Shown: positions 9,434-18,931, counted from the first letter of the stretch. The stretch: 37,462 nucleotides of DNA from Candidatus Bathyarchaeota archaeon (GCA_026015145.1 JAOZGY010000057.1:1-37462); one strand, 5' to 3'. Notes: a model not told the origin generated them from the sequence alone. A program made the numbers and translations.

Positions 9434-11077
9434 CTAATGAGTTGTGTAAATATATAGTATTTTACTAAAGGTTTCAAGTTCTTTTTTTGATATCCAATTT
9501 TGTTTTTCTAATTCTATTAGTCCTTTCTTAACACCTACGCGCAATCGTTTTTTTAGAAGTATACTGGCTTGAATTCCAGTTTCTGTAATATCTTTTTCGA
9601 GCATAGGATTTCTTTCAATAAGCGGTACTAGCTGATTCAAAAATTTCATTATAGCCTTTGAACGAGATTGAAGTAAAGCTTTCAGTTTTGAAGCACCAAG
9701 GGCTCCCTTCATTTTTGTTAAGAGCCCCATGTCTCCAATCAATGTGGGAGGATATACAATGTATCTTTTTTTGTCGTTTTCTTCGTATCGAGCAAGGTAG
9801 AATGGGAGATAAACCAATACGCGCAACCGACTTTTTCCAGTTATAGTTATTGTGTCGAAAACTTTTGGAAATCCTCTTTTTTTATGAATCATATTCCGAA
9901 TTGAGCTAATTATTTTATTGGTGAGATCTTCTAGTAGGACTATTTCTTGTTTCTTTGTTTTAATTTTGGCATCTCTGGCTGCTTGAAGGCGTGAAAATAT
10001 TTTCCGGATAGATTCGATGTGTTCGTCGCATTTAGCCTTTTGTTGCGCAATTTCAAGTTTCAGAGCATTATCAATTTTCAGCTTTCTTTTGGAGTTTGCT
10101 TCGATTTTTTTGTTGAGAGTTGGCAGTTTCTTCTTTATTCTTTTTAGCTTTAATTTCCATTGGGCTTTTTTATGTATTCTTTTGGAGCGTATTTTTGTTT
10201 CGCATCGTTTTGCTTCTACTTTTAGATATCTAAGAGTTTTTTGTAGCTCAACCTTACTTTCCTGGAGGTTTTGGAGGTTTTTCTTGAATTTTTTGGATTT
10301 TCTAGCAATTTTTTTATTATATTTACTTTGGATTCGCAAGATTTTTTTCTTAACTTTAGGCTTGGTTCTCTCAACTTGTTTTCGATATTTATTTTGAGTT
10401 TCTCTGATTTCTGTTCGAATTTTTTTGATCTTTCGTATAGTAATTAATTTCAGAAGCTTCATGCTATTGTCTAAGTTTTTTATGTCTTGGGCATTTCTTT
10501 TTCCTAGGTTTGAGAGCTGATTAATACTATCTTGGAGTTCAAGGTTTTTTATTGTGGCATCTAAAACTACTTTGTTAGTTAGGTACCTTTTTGCTTTCTT
10601 CATTTCATTAAGATAGGTTTTGAAATCTTCCATGAGAGCGGAGTTTGTCATTAGAGCTTCAATCTTTATTTCCTTCTTGCTGCTGAAATTTTTGAAATAA
10701 TCTTTGTTTCTGATGAGAGTTGCGGTATAAGATTCGGTTGTTTTTTGGTTTTTCTGGAGGTCTTTGTCAAATATTGCAGAGTCGGGTATTGTATCGTAGG
10801 AGAGCGTATGTGAAGCGAGACCGAGTCCGTCAAATATCAAAATTGCCCCTTTAAAGGGAACCAACCAAATAGGATAACATGCTTTAGCTACAAAGACAAG
10901 TTTCTCGTCCATTTTTTTTAAAACACGATTTTCTCCTTTCTTTCTCTCGGATTCAACCAAGTAAAGGATGGCTGCCATTTCCATATTTTTTGTGAAATTT
11001 GTGAATCTTTTAGCAGCCAGCGTGGTGAAGGGTACTATAACCCCTCTTTTTTGTTCTTTGTCTGGATGAATAAGCAT
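9434..11077 (-). CDS. Lys-rich coiled-coil protein of unknown function (547 aa)
   Basis: Long ORF. The N-terminal (about 1-130) and C-terminal (about 400-547) parts look globular. They flank about 270 aa of heptad-like, extremely K/R/Q/E-rich sequence (KIKKIRTEIRETQNKYRKQVERTKPKVKKKILRIQSKYNKKIARKSKKFKKNLQNLQ...). I recognise no catalytic motif. Confidence 0.7.
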   Translation of the reverse strand: MLIHPDKEQKRGVIVPFTTLAAKRFTNFTKNMEMAAILYLVESERKKGENRVLKKMDEKLVFVAKACYPIWLVPFKGAILIFDGLGLASHTLSYDTIPDSAIFDKDLQKNQKTTESYTATLIRNKDYFKNFSSKKEIKIEALMTNSALMEDFKTYLNEMKKAKRYLTNKVVLDATIKNLELQDSINQLSNLGKRNAQDIKNLDNSMKLLKLITIRKIKKIRTEIRETQNKYRKQVERTKPKVKKKILRIQSKYNKKIARKSKKFKKNLQNLQESKVELQKTLRYLKVEAKRCETKIRSKRIHKKAQWKLKLKRIKKKLPTLNKKIEANSKRKLKIDNALKLEIAQQKAKCDEHIESIRKIFSRLQAARDAKIKTKKQEIVLLEDLTNKIISSIRNMIHKKRGFPKVFDTITITGKSRLRVLVYLPFYLARYEENDKKRYIVYPPTLIGDMGLLTKMKGALGASKLKALLQSRSKAIMKFLNQLVPLIERNPMLEKDITETGIQASILLKKRLRVGVKKGLIELEKQNWISKKELETFSKILYIYTTH

Positions 11078-11224
11078 AATGGTTTTTCCTCAGGCAAAGG
11101 TTGTAAGTTTGGCACAGTTAATGATTATGAAATAGGGATTAAGATTCAGATTCTATTTGAACATATAACTGTGATTGGGAACCCTATATTTCGAAGTAGA
11201 AAACACAACCTACAAAATAGAATT

Positions 11225-11340
11225 AAAAAAGGGAAAGTTGTGCGGGTGATATCTCCACTTGGTATGGGGTTCGAATCCCACTTCGCCCGCAGAAAGCTTA
11301 TTTTCTAAAATAAAGCCCAATTATGCGTTATTTTGACAAA
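11225..11340 (+). repeat. tRNA-like repeat family, long copy C
   Basis: aaaaaagggaaagtt, then the core at 11242-11291 (gcgggtgatatctccacttggtatggggttcgaatcccacttcgcccgca), then the tail gaaagcttattttctaaaataaagc... 11242-11316 is identical to 16773-16847. Confidence 0.92.
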
Positions 11341-11362
11341 AAAAGCAAATAAAATAAAAGTG

Positions 11363-12694
11363 TTAGTCCCAGGGTCCAGGCCAATCAGGGAACATGTAGG
11401 TTGCTCCTGCTTCTTCCATAATTTCTTTAGGATATACTGGCACTCTTGCTCCATCTGCCTGCCATTGGAAGAACAGAGCCTGCGTATACCCGGGTCCAAA
11501 CATAAGGTCGTGGGAAGATGTGAACATAAAGCGTGGTGAATCAGTGGTTTCCAAAGCTGTTTCTTCTACAGCTTCGATGACAGCATCAGTTTCTATTGTT
11601 CCAGCTCTCTCGATAGCATCAGGCAAAATATAGCGTACCGTATCATACGCGCCGTGTACCAAAAAAGTTGGTGAATGACCCCACCTGTCAATAAAATCGG
11701 TACGAACTGGCAATGTTTTATTAGTCCATGGGTACCCTGCGACAAACGGGGACACCATAGTGGTTGTACTCCCACACTTTCCATCCGTCCATTCCCAGTA
11801 TTCATTCGCTTGGGCCGTTACGTCGACTCCCCAAACAACGAAGGGTGACTGACGATCATACCACTCTTTAATAGCAAATATGGAATCCTGCGCGCCGATT
11901 AGAGGGATCAATATTTCTGTTCCCGCTGCTTCAGCTGCTGCAAAATAGCTTGTGAAGTCCGTGGTTCCCGTCGTAAATTGACCGCGGTAGACAATGTCAA
12001 AATTGTAGACCTCAGGTAAATAATAATCCAAACCCGCTCTTATGCTCTCAGTCCAAATACGATCCTCAACTAAGTAGGCGATCTTATTAAAGCCAGTATA
12101 TTCTCTTAAAACTACTAAACTATCAAGGATCTCCCTAAAGATTGCTGTTGAGTTTGGTGGGGTGACTCTAAAATAGTATTTATATCTACTATAGTCATCT
12201 AACACACGTTGGGTTAAGGCCTCACCGCCTGCTGCGAGGCTTAAGAAGATTATCTTGTGCTCGGCTATGATGTCCTGCATCATCAGCATGGCGTCGTCTC
12301 TAAAGCCCCCTATTACGTAATCCACCTTATGGAAGGTTATCAACCTCGTTAAAGCGGTGCTTACTTTAATCATGTCCACTATCGGCGCCGCTTCATCAGT
12401 ATCCTCACCAACTATCTCAAGATATCTTCCCAAGACACCGCCTTCAGCATTAACCTGTTCAGCAGCCAACACAGCACCCTCCCAAACATCTTTCCCCCCT
12501 AACTCATCTAAATCGGCACAAACCCCTATCTTGATGGTTTGCGTCTGCTGCGGTTCCTGAGTCAAAAAAACATAAACAGTTCCAGCTACAACAGAAGAAA
12601 CAGCAATCACAGCAACCAATATTATCGAATGAAATTTAGTTAATGCCACAGAATTAAACATAAACCACTTATCCACAAAAACAGTATCAAACAA
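11363..12694 (-). CDS. orphan ABC-type substrate-binding protein, Leu/Ile/Val (LivJ/type-I PBP)-like, membrane anchored (443 aa)
   Basis: An N-terminal TM helix is followed by IKIGVCADLDELGGKDVWEGAVLAAEQVNAEGGVLGRYLEIVGEDT and VDYVIGGFRDD, typical of the branched-chain amino-acid binding-protein fold. No permease or ATPase genes are adjacent. Confidence 0.75.
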   Translation of the reverse strand: MFDTVFVDKWFMFNSVALTKFHSIILVAVIAVSSVVAGTVYVFLTQEPQQTQTIKIGVCADLDELGGKDVWEGAVLAAEQVNAEGGVLGRYLEIVGEDTDEAAPIVDMIKVSTALTRLITFHKVDYVIGGFRDDAMLMMQDIIAEHKIIFLSLAAGGEALTQRVLDDYSRYKYYFRVTPPNSTAIFREILDSLVVLREYTGFNKIAYLVEDRIWTESIRAGLDYYLPEVYNFDIVYRGQFTTGTTDFTSYFAAAEAAGTEILIPLIGAQDSIFAIKEWYDRQSPFVVWGVDVTAQANEYWEWTDGKCGSTTTMVSPFVAGYPWTNKTLPVRTDFIDRWGHSPTFLVHGAYDTVRYILPDAIERAGTIETDAVIEAVEETALETTDSPRFMFTSSHDLMFGPGYTQALFFQWQADGARVPVYPKEIMEEAGATYMFPDWPGPWD

Positions 12695-12810
12695 AACAAA
12701 TATAACACTTTTTAAAAATTAACTTTCGAAAACAACTATACTAATAAACCTCAAACATCAAAGATTAGAAAATTATTTAGTGATTCACATGCTATATAGA
12801 GTGAGCAGCC

Positions 12811-15800
12811 TTGCAAAACAATAACCAATCCGTACCTCTTCTTAACAAAGCGAAAGAGTTGGAGAAGAAGTATAAGTGGCTTGAGGCTGCAGATTTTTAC
12901 GAGAAAGCTTTAGATTTAGCGTTGAAGATGGAAGATTTCTTGAAAACTGCTAAACTTAGCGAACAGCTTGCCTTCTGCTTTTTTAGAGCTGCTCTACAAG
13001 CCCAGACAAACGAGGAATTCAAAAGAAGAATGAAACTGACTATCAGGACCTATGAAAAGGCGGTTAAACTTTTTGAGATGGTTGAGAAAGATGGAAAAAG
13101 AGCAAAAATCAACCATTCTAAAGCTATGGTCGCCTATTCAAGTTTTTGGCTTGCAAAAAATCCATCGAAAAAGAAGGATTTGCTTGATGAGTGGTGGAAA
13201 CTTGAAATTGAGGCTTTAAAGGATTACGAGGAAGCCGGTGACCATCTTTCCGTTGGGAGGATATGTAACAATCTCTCGGAAGGTTCCGCACAAAGAATAA
13301 ATTTTGCATCAGATTGGCTGAAACTGGAGAAGAGGATAGAAGAGGGATTTAGTTATGGAGAGAAAGCCATCATGGTATTGGCGAAGGTGGGAGAGGAACA
13401 TGAACTGGCCACTGCCTATTGTTGGACGAGCTTTTGCTACGTAGTGGCTCTGTGGTATAGGGTGATGGAAGATAGGAGAGGGGAATTCGGCAAAAAATGC
13501 CTAAACTATTCAAGGAAGGCTTTGACACTTTCCAAAAAGACTGGAGATGCATATCTAATTGGTCATTCAAATATGTCAGCAGGACTTGCAGAATGGGGTT
13601 TCGTTGGCAATCCTTTTTCTGCGTTAGATTTTTTTAAGGAGGCTCGAAAACATGGTGTAATCGCAAAGGATAATTTTTTGATCGGCATAGCGAGTGTATG
13701 GATGACTTTCAACAATAATCATGTTATGAATCTAGAAGAAGACCCGGATAAACAAAGAGAAGGATTCAAAAAATCCAAGAAATTTGCTCAGGATGCTATC
13801 CACCATTTCCGGATAGTCGTAGGTTATCCCTACTTCCCCTTTGCTTATGATGTGTATTCTAGGAGCATTATGTCGTTGGCATTAATTGAAACTAATCCTG
13901 TAGTAAAAAGCAATCTTTTGGAAAAAGCGGTTAAAGTGGCGCGGAAGGGTTTAGAAGATAGTGAGCGATGGGTGTATACAAATCCTTCCATTATGATTCT
14001 CGAGGTACTCACATTTTTCGTAGTTGTTTTATATAGGCTTTCCGAAATGGAGATGAAAATCAACGAGAAAAAGCAACTCCTTGAAGAAGCTTCAAAATAT
14101 ACTGAAAAAGAGTTCAACATTCGACAACGATTAAGTCCTTTTGATTACTGGAATAACAGTCATAACCTAAAAAACAGAGCATTGATACAAGCTAAGCTAG
14201 CTAAAATAGAAACAAAACAAGAGAGGAAACAGAAACTACTCCAGAAAGCGGTTTCAGCCATGGAAGAGTGTTTGAAACTAGTTGAAAAAGATATAAAGGA
14301 TATTCCTCCAGGTTGGAAAAACCGTTATGTTGGATCATACTATTGTTGGTACGGAGGAACCTTGGAACAATTATACCTGTTAACCAAGGATAAAAAGATT
14401 TTAAATAGAGCAATAGAAGTCTACCAGAATGCCATCGAAACATATAGCAAAGTAGAGTTGAAGACCCGTGAGGCAGAGTCCCACTGGCAGATAGCTAAAC
14501 TCCAAAACCTCCTCGGAGATAACCTAGAAGCTGCTCGCAACTACGAATCAGCAGCCGAAAACTACAAGCTTGCAGCAGAAAAAATTCCACAATTAAAAGA
14601 ATTCTATCAAGACTATTCAGATTACATGCAGGCTTGGAGTCAAATAGAACAAGCAAGACATAATCACTCAATTGAGGAATACGAAAAAGCTAAAGAATAT
14701 TATGAAAAAGCTGCGAGGCTTCATGAAACATGCGAACCTTGGAGTTATCTAGCTTCTAACTATTTGGCTTGGTCCATTGTTGAAGAAGCTGAAGGCTTAA
14801 GCAGAAAAGAAAACACTCAACAAGCAAAAGAAGCATTCCAAAGAGCCTATCAACATTTTGGAGAATCTGAAAAATCCATCAAACAAAAGATCAAGGAAAT
14901 CACATCCATAGACGAAAAAGAAATGACTCAAAGACTGCTCAAGACTTCGGATCTTAGATCTAAATATTGTCAAGCAAGAGTCCTACTTGAAGAAGCAAAA
15001 TTGTTGGATAGAAAAGGCAAATATCTACAAAGCTCAAAAAACTATGGAAAAGCAGCAGAAAAAATTGAAAGTATCATTGAACAGATAGATACTGAATCAG
15101 AACGCAAAGAACTAAAAATAATTGCGGTTTTATGTCGCGCGTGGCAAAAAATGGCAAACGCAGAAGAAACAACATCCTCACAAGCATACTTGGAAGCTGC
15201 ACAACTCTTTGATCAAGCAAAAGAACTAAGCGTCACTAAAAAAACAAGTCTTTGGGCACTAGGGAATAGCAGTTTCTGTAGAGGATTGGCCGCTGAGAAC
15301 AAGTTTCAGAACACTCTCGAGAAATCATTTAACTCAAAAGCTAATAAATACATGAAAAATGCCTCAAGTTATTACAAAGAAGCAGGTTTTCATAATGCTT
15401 ATGAGTTTGCTAAGGCAACACAGCGACTTTTCGATGCATATTTGTATATGAATAGTGCTGAAGATGAAGTTGATCCTGAGAAAAAAACAAAATTCTATCA
15501 ACTCTCTGAGCAGCTATTGCAGATTGCTGCAGGCTCTTTTATAAAAGCTAAACAACCCGAGAAGACAAGTGAAGTTCAAAGAATCTTATCTACTGTCCGA
15601 GAAGAAAAGGCTTTGGCCACCTCTTTAAATCAGGTTATGCGAGCACCTTCTATTGCTTCAAGTACTTTGTCTTTTGTAGCTCCTACTCCAACCAGTGAAG
15701 TATCAGCAGGATTGGAACAATTTGAACATGCTAATATCCAAGCTAATCTAGTCACACATGTTAAGCAAGTTAAAGTTAGGGAATCTTTCTGTTTGAGCGT

Positions 15801-16749
15801 AGAGTTTGTTAATGCGGGTAAAGAGCCTGCATTATTGACTAGGATTGAAGAGCTTATTCCCAGAGATTTTGTTGTAGTTAAGAAACCTGAAATCTATCGT
15901 CTAGAAGATACTTGCCTAAATATGAAAGGAAAACAGCTCGCACCCTTAAAATTAGTGGAAGCAAAACTTGTTCTTCAACCATCAAGAAAAGGAGTCTATC
16001 AACTAAAACCAAAAGTTCACTATTTAAATGAAATTGGACAAAAGAAATCTCTCATATTGAAGTCTATTGAGATCAAGGTTGAAGAAGTTGTTCTTGCTGA
16101 TCGTGTCTCTACTGGAACCAAAGAGCTAGACTCACTTTTGCTAGGAGGCATCCCAGAAAACTATGCAATAGTATTAACTGGACCTCCAAACGATGAAAGA
16201 GAACAAATAATAAAAAACTTCCTAAAAGCAGGAACCAAACAAAACCAACCCACCTTCTACGTCACCACACAAGCAACCAGCCCAAACAACCTACTAGAAA
16301 AATCTAGCCTTCACCTTTTCTTGTGCAACCCCAAACCAAAAACTCAAGTCCCAAACCGTCCAAACATCACCAAGCTAAAAGGAAAAACAAACCTCACAAA
16401 CCTAAACATAGCCCTATTCAAAACCTACCGGAACATAACCTCAAATAAATTGAGGATCTGCAACGAGATTGTTTCTGATGTTCTCCTGGATTATGGGGCG
16501 AAAACAACTAGAAAGTGGATTGCTGAAATGATCACTGATCTAACATCAAAAGGCTTTACAATACTAGCTGTGATTAATCCTTTGATGCATACTTCAGAGG
16601 AATTAAATGTTGTTTTGGACCTATTTGATGGAGAAATCAGAATCACTCAAACTAAAGATGCTTTGGAATGTAAGAAGTTTATACAAGTAGAGAAACTAAG
16701 AAACCAAGACTACATAAAAAATCCAATATGCCTAACAAAACAAGCATAG
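12811..16749 (+). CDS. 1312-aa multidomain protein: long TPR-like helical repeat region, beta-sandwich-like segment, C-terminal KaiC/RecA-like domain with degenerate Walker A
   Basis: About 950 aa of helical-hairpin repeats (AxxYYEKA / AxxNYExAAExY motifs). A segment VKVRESFCLSVEFVNAGKEPALL...LKPKVHYLNEIGQKKSLILKSIEIKV looks like a CARDB/Ig-type sandwich. The tail STGTKELDSLLLGGIPENYAIVLTGPPNDEREQ aligns to the KaiC/RadA-like G...LD.lLgGGip.gs..litGppGtGKT, but GTGKT is replaced by NDERE. The first in-frame start is TTG at 12811. Confidence 0.8.
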   Translation: MQNNNQSVPLLNKAKELEKKYKWLEAADFYEKALDLALKMEDFLKTAKLSEQLAFCFFRAALQAQTNEEFKRRMKLTIRTYEKAVKLFEMVEKDGKRAKINHSKAMVAYSSFWLAKNPSKKKDLLDEWWKLEIEALKDYEEAGDHLSVGRICNNLSEGSAQRINFASDWLKLEKRIEEGFSYGEKAIMVLAKVGEEHELATAYCWTSFCYVVALWYRVMEDRRGEFGKKCLNYSRKALTLSKKTGDAYLIGHSNMSAGLAEWGFVGNPFSALDFFKEARKHGVIAKDNFLIGIASVWMTFNNNHVMNLEEDPDKQREGFKKSKKFAQDAIHHFRIVVGYPYFPFAYDVYSRSIMSLALIETNPVVKSNLLEKAVKVARKGLEDSERWVYTNPSIMILEVLTFFVVVLYRLSEMEMKINEKKQLLEEASKYTEKEFNIRQRLSPFDYWNNSHNLKNRALIQAKLAKIETKQERKQKLLQKAVSAMEECLKLVEKDIKDIPPGWKNRYVGSYYCWYGGTLEQLYLLTKDKKILNRAIEVYQNAIETYSKVELKTREAESHWQIAKLQNLLGDNLEAARNYESAAENYKLAAEKIPQLKEFYQDYSDYMQAWSQIEQARHNHSIEEYEKAKEYYEKAARLHETCEPWSYLASNYLAWSIVEEAEGLSRKENTQQAKEAFQRAYQHFGESEKSIKQKIKEITSIDEKEMTQRLLKTSDLRSKYCQARVLLEEAKLLDRKGKYLQSSKNYGKAAEKIESIIEQIDTESERKELKIIAVLCRAWQKMANAEETTSSQAYLEAAQLFDQAKELSVTKKTSLWALGNSSFCRGLAAENKFQNTLEKSFNSKANKYMKNASSYYKEAGFHNAYEFAKATQRLFDAYLYMNSAEDEVDPEKKTKFYQLSEQLLQIAAGSFIKAKQPEKTSEVQRILSTVREEKALATSLNQVMRAPSIASSTLSFVAPTPTSEVSAGLEQFEHANIQANLVTHVKQVKVRESFCLSVEFVNAGKEPALLTRIEELIPRDFVVVKKPEIYRLEDTCLNMKGKQLAPLKLVEAKLVLQPSRKGVYQLKPKVHYLNEIGQKKSLILKSIEIKVEEVVLADRVSTGTKELDSLLLGGIPENYAIVLTGPPNDEREQIIKNFLKAGTKQNQPTFYVTTQATSPNNLLEKSSLHLFLCNPKPKTQVPNRPNITKLKGKTNLTNLNIALFKTYRNITSNKLRICNEIVSDVLLDYGAKTTRKWIAEMITDLTSKGFTILAVINPLMHTSEELNVVLDLFDGEIRITQTKDALECKKFIQVEKLRNQDYIKNPICLTKQA

Positions 16750-16755
16750 AATAAG

Positions 16756-16871
16756 AAAAAAGGGAAAGTTAAGCGGGTGATATCTCCACTTGGTATGGGG
16801 TTCGAATCCCACTTCGCCCGCAGAAAGCTTATTTTCTAAAATAAAGCAAAATTAAAAGTTATTTTAGCAAA
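16756..16871 (+). repeat. tRNA-like repeat family, long copy D
   Basis: It begins 7 nt after the stop of the 1312-aa gene. The core is at 16773-16822. Over 92 nt it is identical to copy C except for 2 nt (aa vs gt just 5' of the core). Confidence 0.92.
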
Positions 16872-17176
16872 AATGGTTAAAATTAGAAATAAAAAAAGGA
16901 AAAAGGGAATTCGTAAAAAAGGGAATGTTGTTTACTGATCTTCTTTACTTTATAGGTACTTTCTCGAATGGCAATAACTCCGATTTTAAACCTGATTGCG
17001 TATTCATTCCGGCAAATGCTACTTTCAACGCTTCTAAGTTTTCGGTCTTCCAAGTACACCAAAGTAATTTTCGATCATGAGCAAGCCAGAAATCTTGTAA
17101 CTCTATGAAGTAATCTAACAAGTTTATGAAAAACAGTTAAAGCCAAAAATCACCTATCCAATAGAGGTGTTACTAA

Positions 17177-18553
17177 ATGGATGATGAAATTGATCTCGTA
17201 ATTATTGGTGGAGGAACAGGTGTTTTTGCTGCTTCCTTAGCTACGAAGATGGGTTTGAAAGTTGTTATTTTGGAGAACAGAAGAATCGGAGGGGTCTGTT
17301 TAAATTGGGGTGGTCTTGCAACCAAAACCCTAACCTCAACTGTAGAGTTATTTAGAAATGTGAAAAAAGCAAGTAATAACGGAATAAATGGCTCTTTGTC
17401 TCTTGATTGGAAAGATATGAAAAAATACAAAGACACAATTTGTTCTCGAATGTCTAAGATGCCTGAGATTCTATTAAAAAAAGCTGGAGTAAGAATCATA
17501 AAAGGAAATGGAGAAATCCTGACTCCAACAAAAGTAAAAGTAACCTCCGATATTTAAGAAGAGGTCATAAAAACTAGAAACATTTTGATTGCATCAGGGT
17601 CACAACCTATAACAATACCTGGAGTTCAACTAAAAGATCCAATACTAGACAGTGATCAATTACTAGAACTGGAAAATCCTCCAAAGAGCTTGCTAATTAT
17701 TGGAGGAGGAGTCATCGGATTAGAATTTGCAACAATCTTCAATCTTCTAAATACCAAAGTAACAATTGTTGAAATGCTTCCAACATTATTGCCTAATGAA
17801 GAACCCGAAATGGGAGAATTTCTATTAAGGCACCTAAAAAAAGAGGGAATGGAGGTTTTTGTCAACAGCAAAGTAACTCAAGTCACACAAATCAACGATA
17901 AGGTAGATGTGAAAATACTCACCCCAAAGGAAGAGATAACAAAGAATGTGGATAAAGTCTTGATGGCAGTGGGTAGAGGACCAAATATCAATAGAAAACA
18001 CCTAGAAACTCTAGGAGTAAAGACAAGCAAAAGAGGAATATTAGTTGATGACAAAATGCAGACCTCAGTAAAAACGATTTGGGCCACAGGGGATGCTGTG
18101 GATCCTCATCTTCTCGCAAACGTTGCAATAAGAGAAGCAAAAGTAGCCGTAGCTAACATCGCAGGGGAGAAAACAAAAATGGACTATGGTCTTATTCCCC
18201 GATGTGTTTTCACAATACCCGAGACCGCAGCAATTGGATTAACCGAAAAACAAGCAAAAGATCAAGGATTAGATATCAAAAGTGTTAAAATTAATTTTGG
18301 TGCTCAAAACTTTCGGGCGTACGCATCAAACAAAACAGAGGGCTTCATAAAAATTATCATTCTTGATGATGGAAAGATTGTGGGAGCAACAATAGTAGGC
18401 GCTTCCGCAAGCGATTTGATATCAGAATTTACCTTAGCAATAAAAAATAAAATGACAGCAAAAGAAATGAGTGATCTAGTTTACGTCCACCCATCATTTT
18501 CAGAAGTCTTACAAGTAGCACTCGAAAAAATACTAGGAATAGCCCTAGTATAA
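17177..18553 (+). pseudogene. dihydrolipoamide dehydrogenase-like FAD/NAD(P) disulfide-oxidoreductase family gene interrupted by one in-frame TAA
   Basis: Track ORFs 17177-17557 and 17585-18553 are in the same frame (offset 408 nt). The only interruption is TAA at 17555-17557 (...KVKVTSDI*EEVIKTRNILIASGSQPITIPG...). Family motifs are present: GGGTGVFAA (FAD), IIGGGVIGLEFA (NAD), TGDA, and C-terminal HPSFSE. The redox motif reads GGVCLNWGGLATK, so the second Cys of the canonical CxxxxC is Gly. Confidence 0.75.
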
Positions 18554-18604
18554 AGCTAATAAAAAAAGAGAGGAGTATTATCTTTCTTATTTTATAAAGA
18601 GTGT

Positions 18605-18931
18605 TTATTTTTTCAGCAGTTTTCCTAAAGCTTCGCCTATTATAAAAAGTCCTATAAGAATAATCACAGTCAAGAATAGATCCAATGTATACCCTAAAAC
18701 TCCAGCAACACCAAGAGCTAAAGCAACTAAACCGACGAAAAGACTAAACTTACTTACTTTAATGCCCATCTGGGATCTAGCAAGATTTAGACCTAAGAGG
18801 ATTAATCCAACACCCAGAGCTATATATGCTCCAGTTTCAATCTCGTAAACTGCTCCGATATACCATCCAATGCCGATAAGTATTATAAAAAGTCCCCAAG
18901 CCAAACTATCTAAGGTTCTGTTATCAGCCAT
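18605..18931 (-). CDS. small integral membrane protein (108 aa from ATG 18931)
   Basis: Three to four hydrophobic helices. ggaggg lies about 6 nt upstream of the ATG. The track ORF starts 18 nt further upstream at a TTG. Confidence 0.5.
   Translation of the reverse strand: MADNRTLDSLAWGLFIILIGIGWYIGAVYEIETGAYIALGVGLILLGLNLARSQMGIKVSKFSLFVGLVALALGVAGVLGYTLDLFLTVIILIGLFIIGEALGKLLKK

Noticed and set aside
10017-10397. Track ORF 10017-10397 (+) and similar antisense ORFs (17173-17499, 25377-25706, 27034-27465, 31210-31602, 36781-37173)
   Set aside because: Each lies antisense within a well-supported gene and translates to Phe/Leu/Ser-rich low-complexity sequence typical of the antisense of AT-rich coding DNA.
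16945-17121. 58-codon minus-strand ORF (TTG start) between repeat copy D and the Lpd-like gene
   Set aside because: It has no ATG, no recognisable motif and no upstream signal. It cannot be supported from sequence alone.
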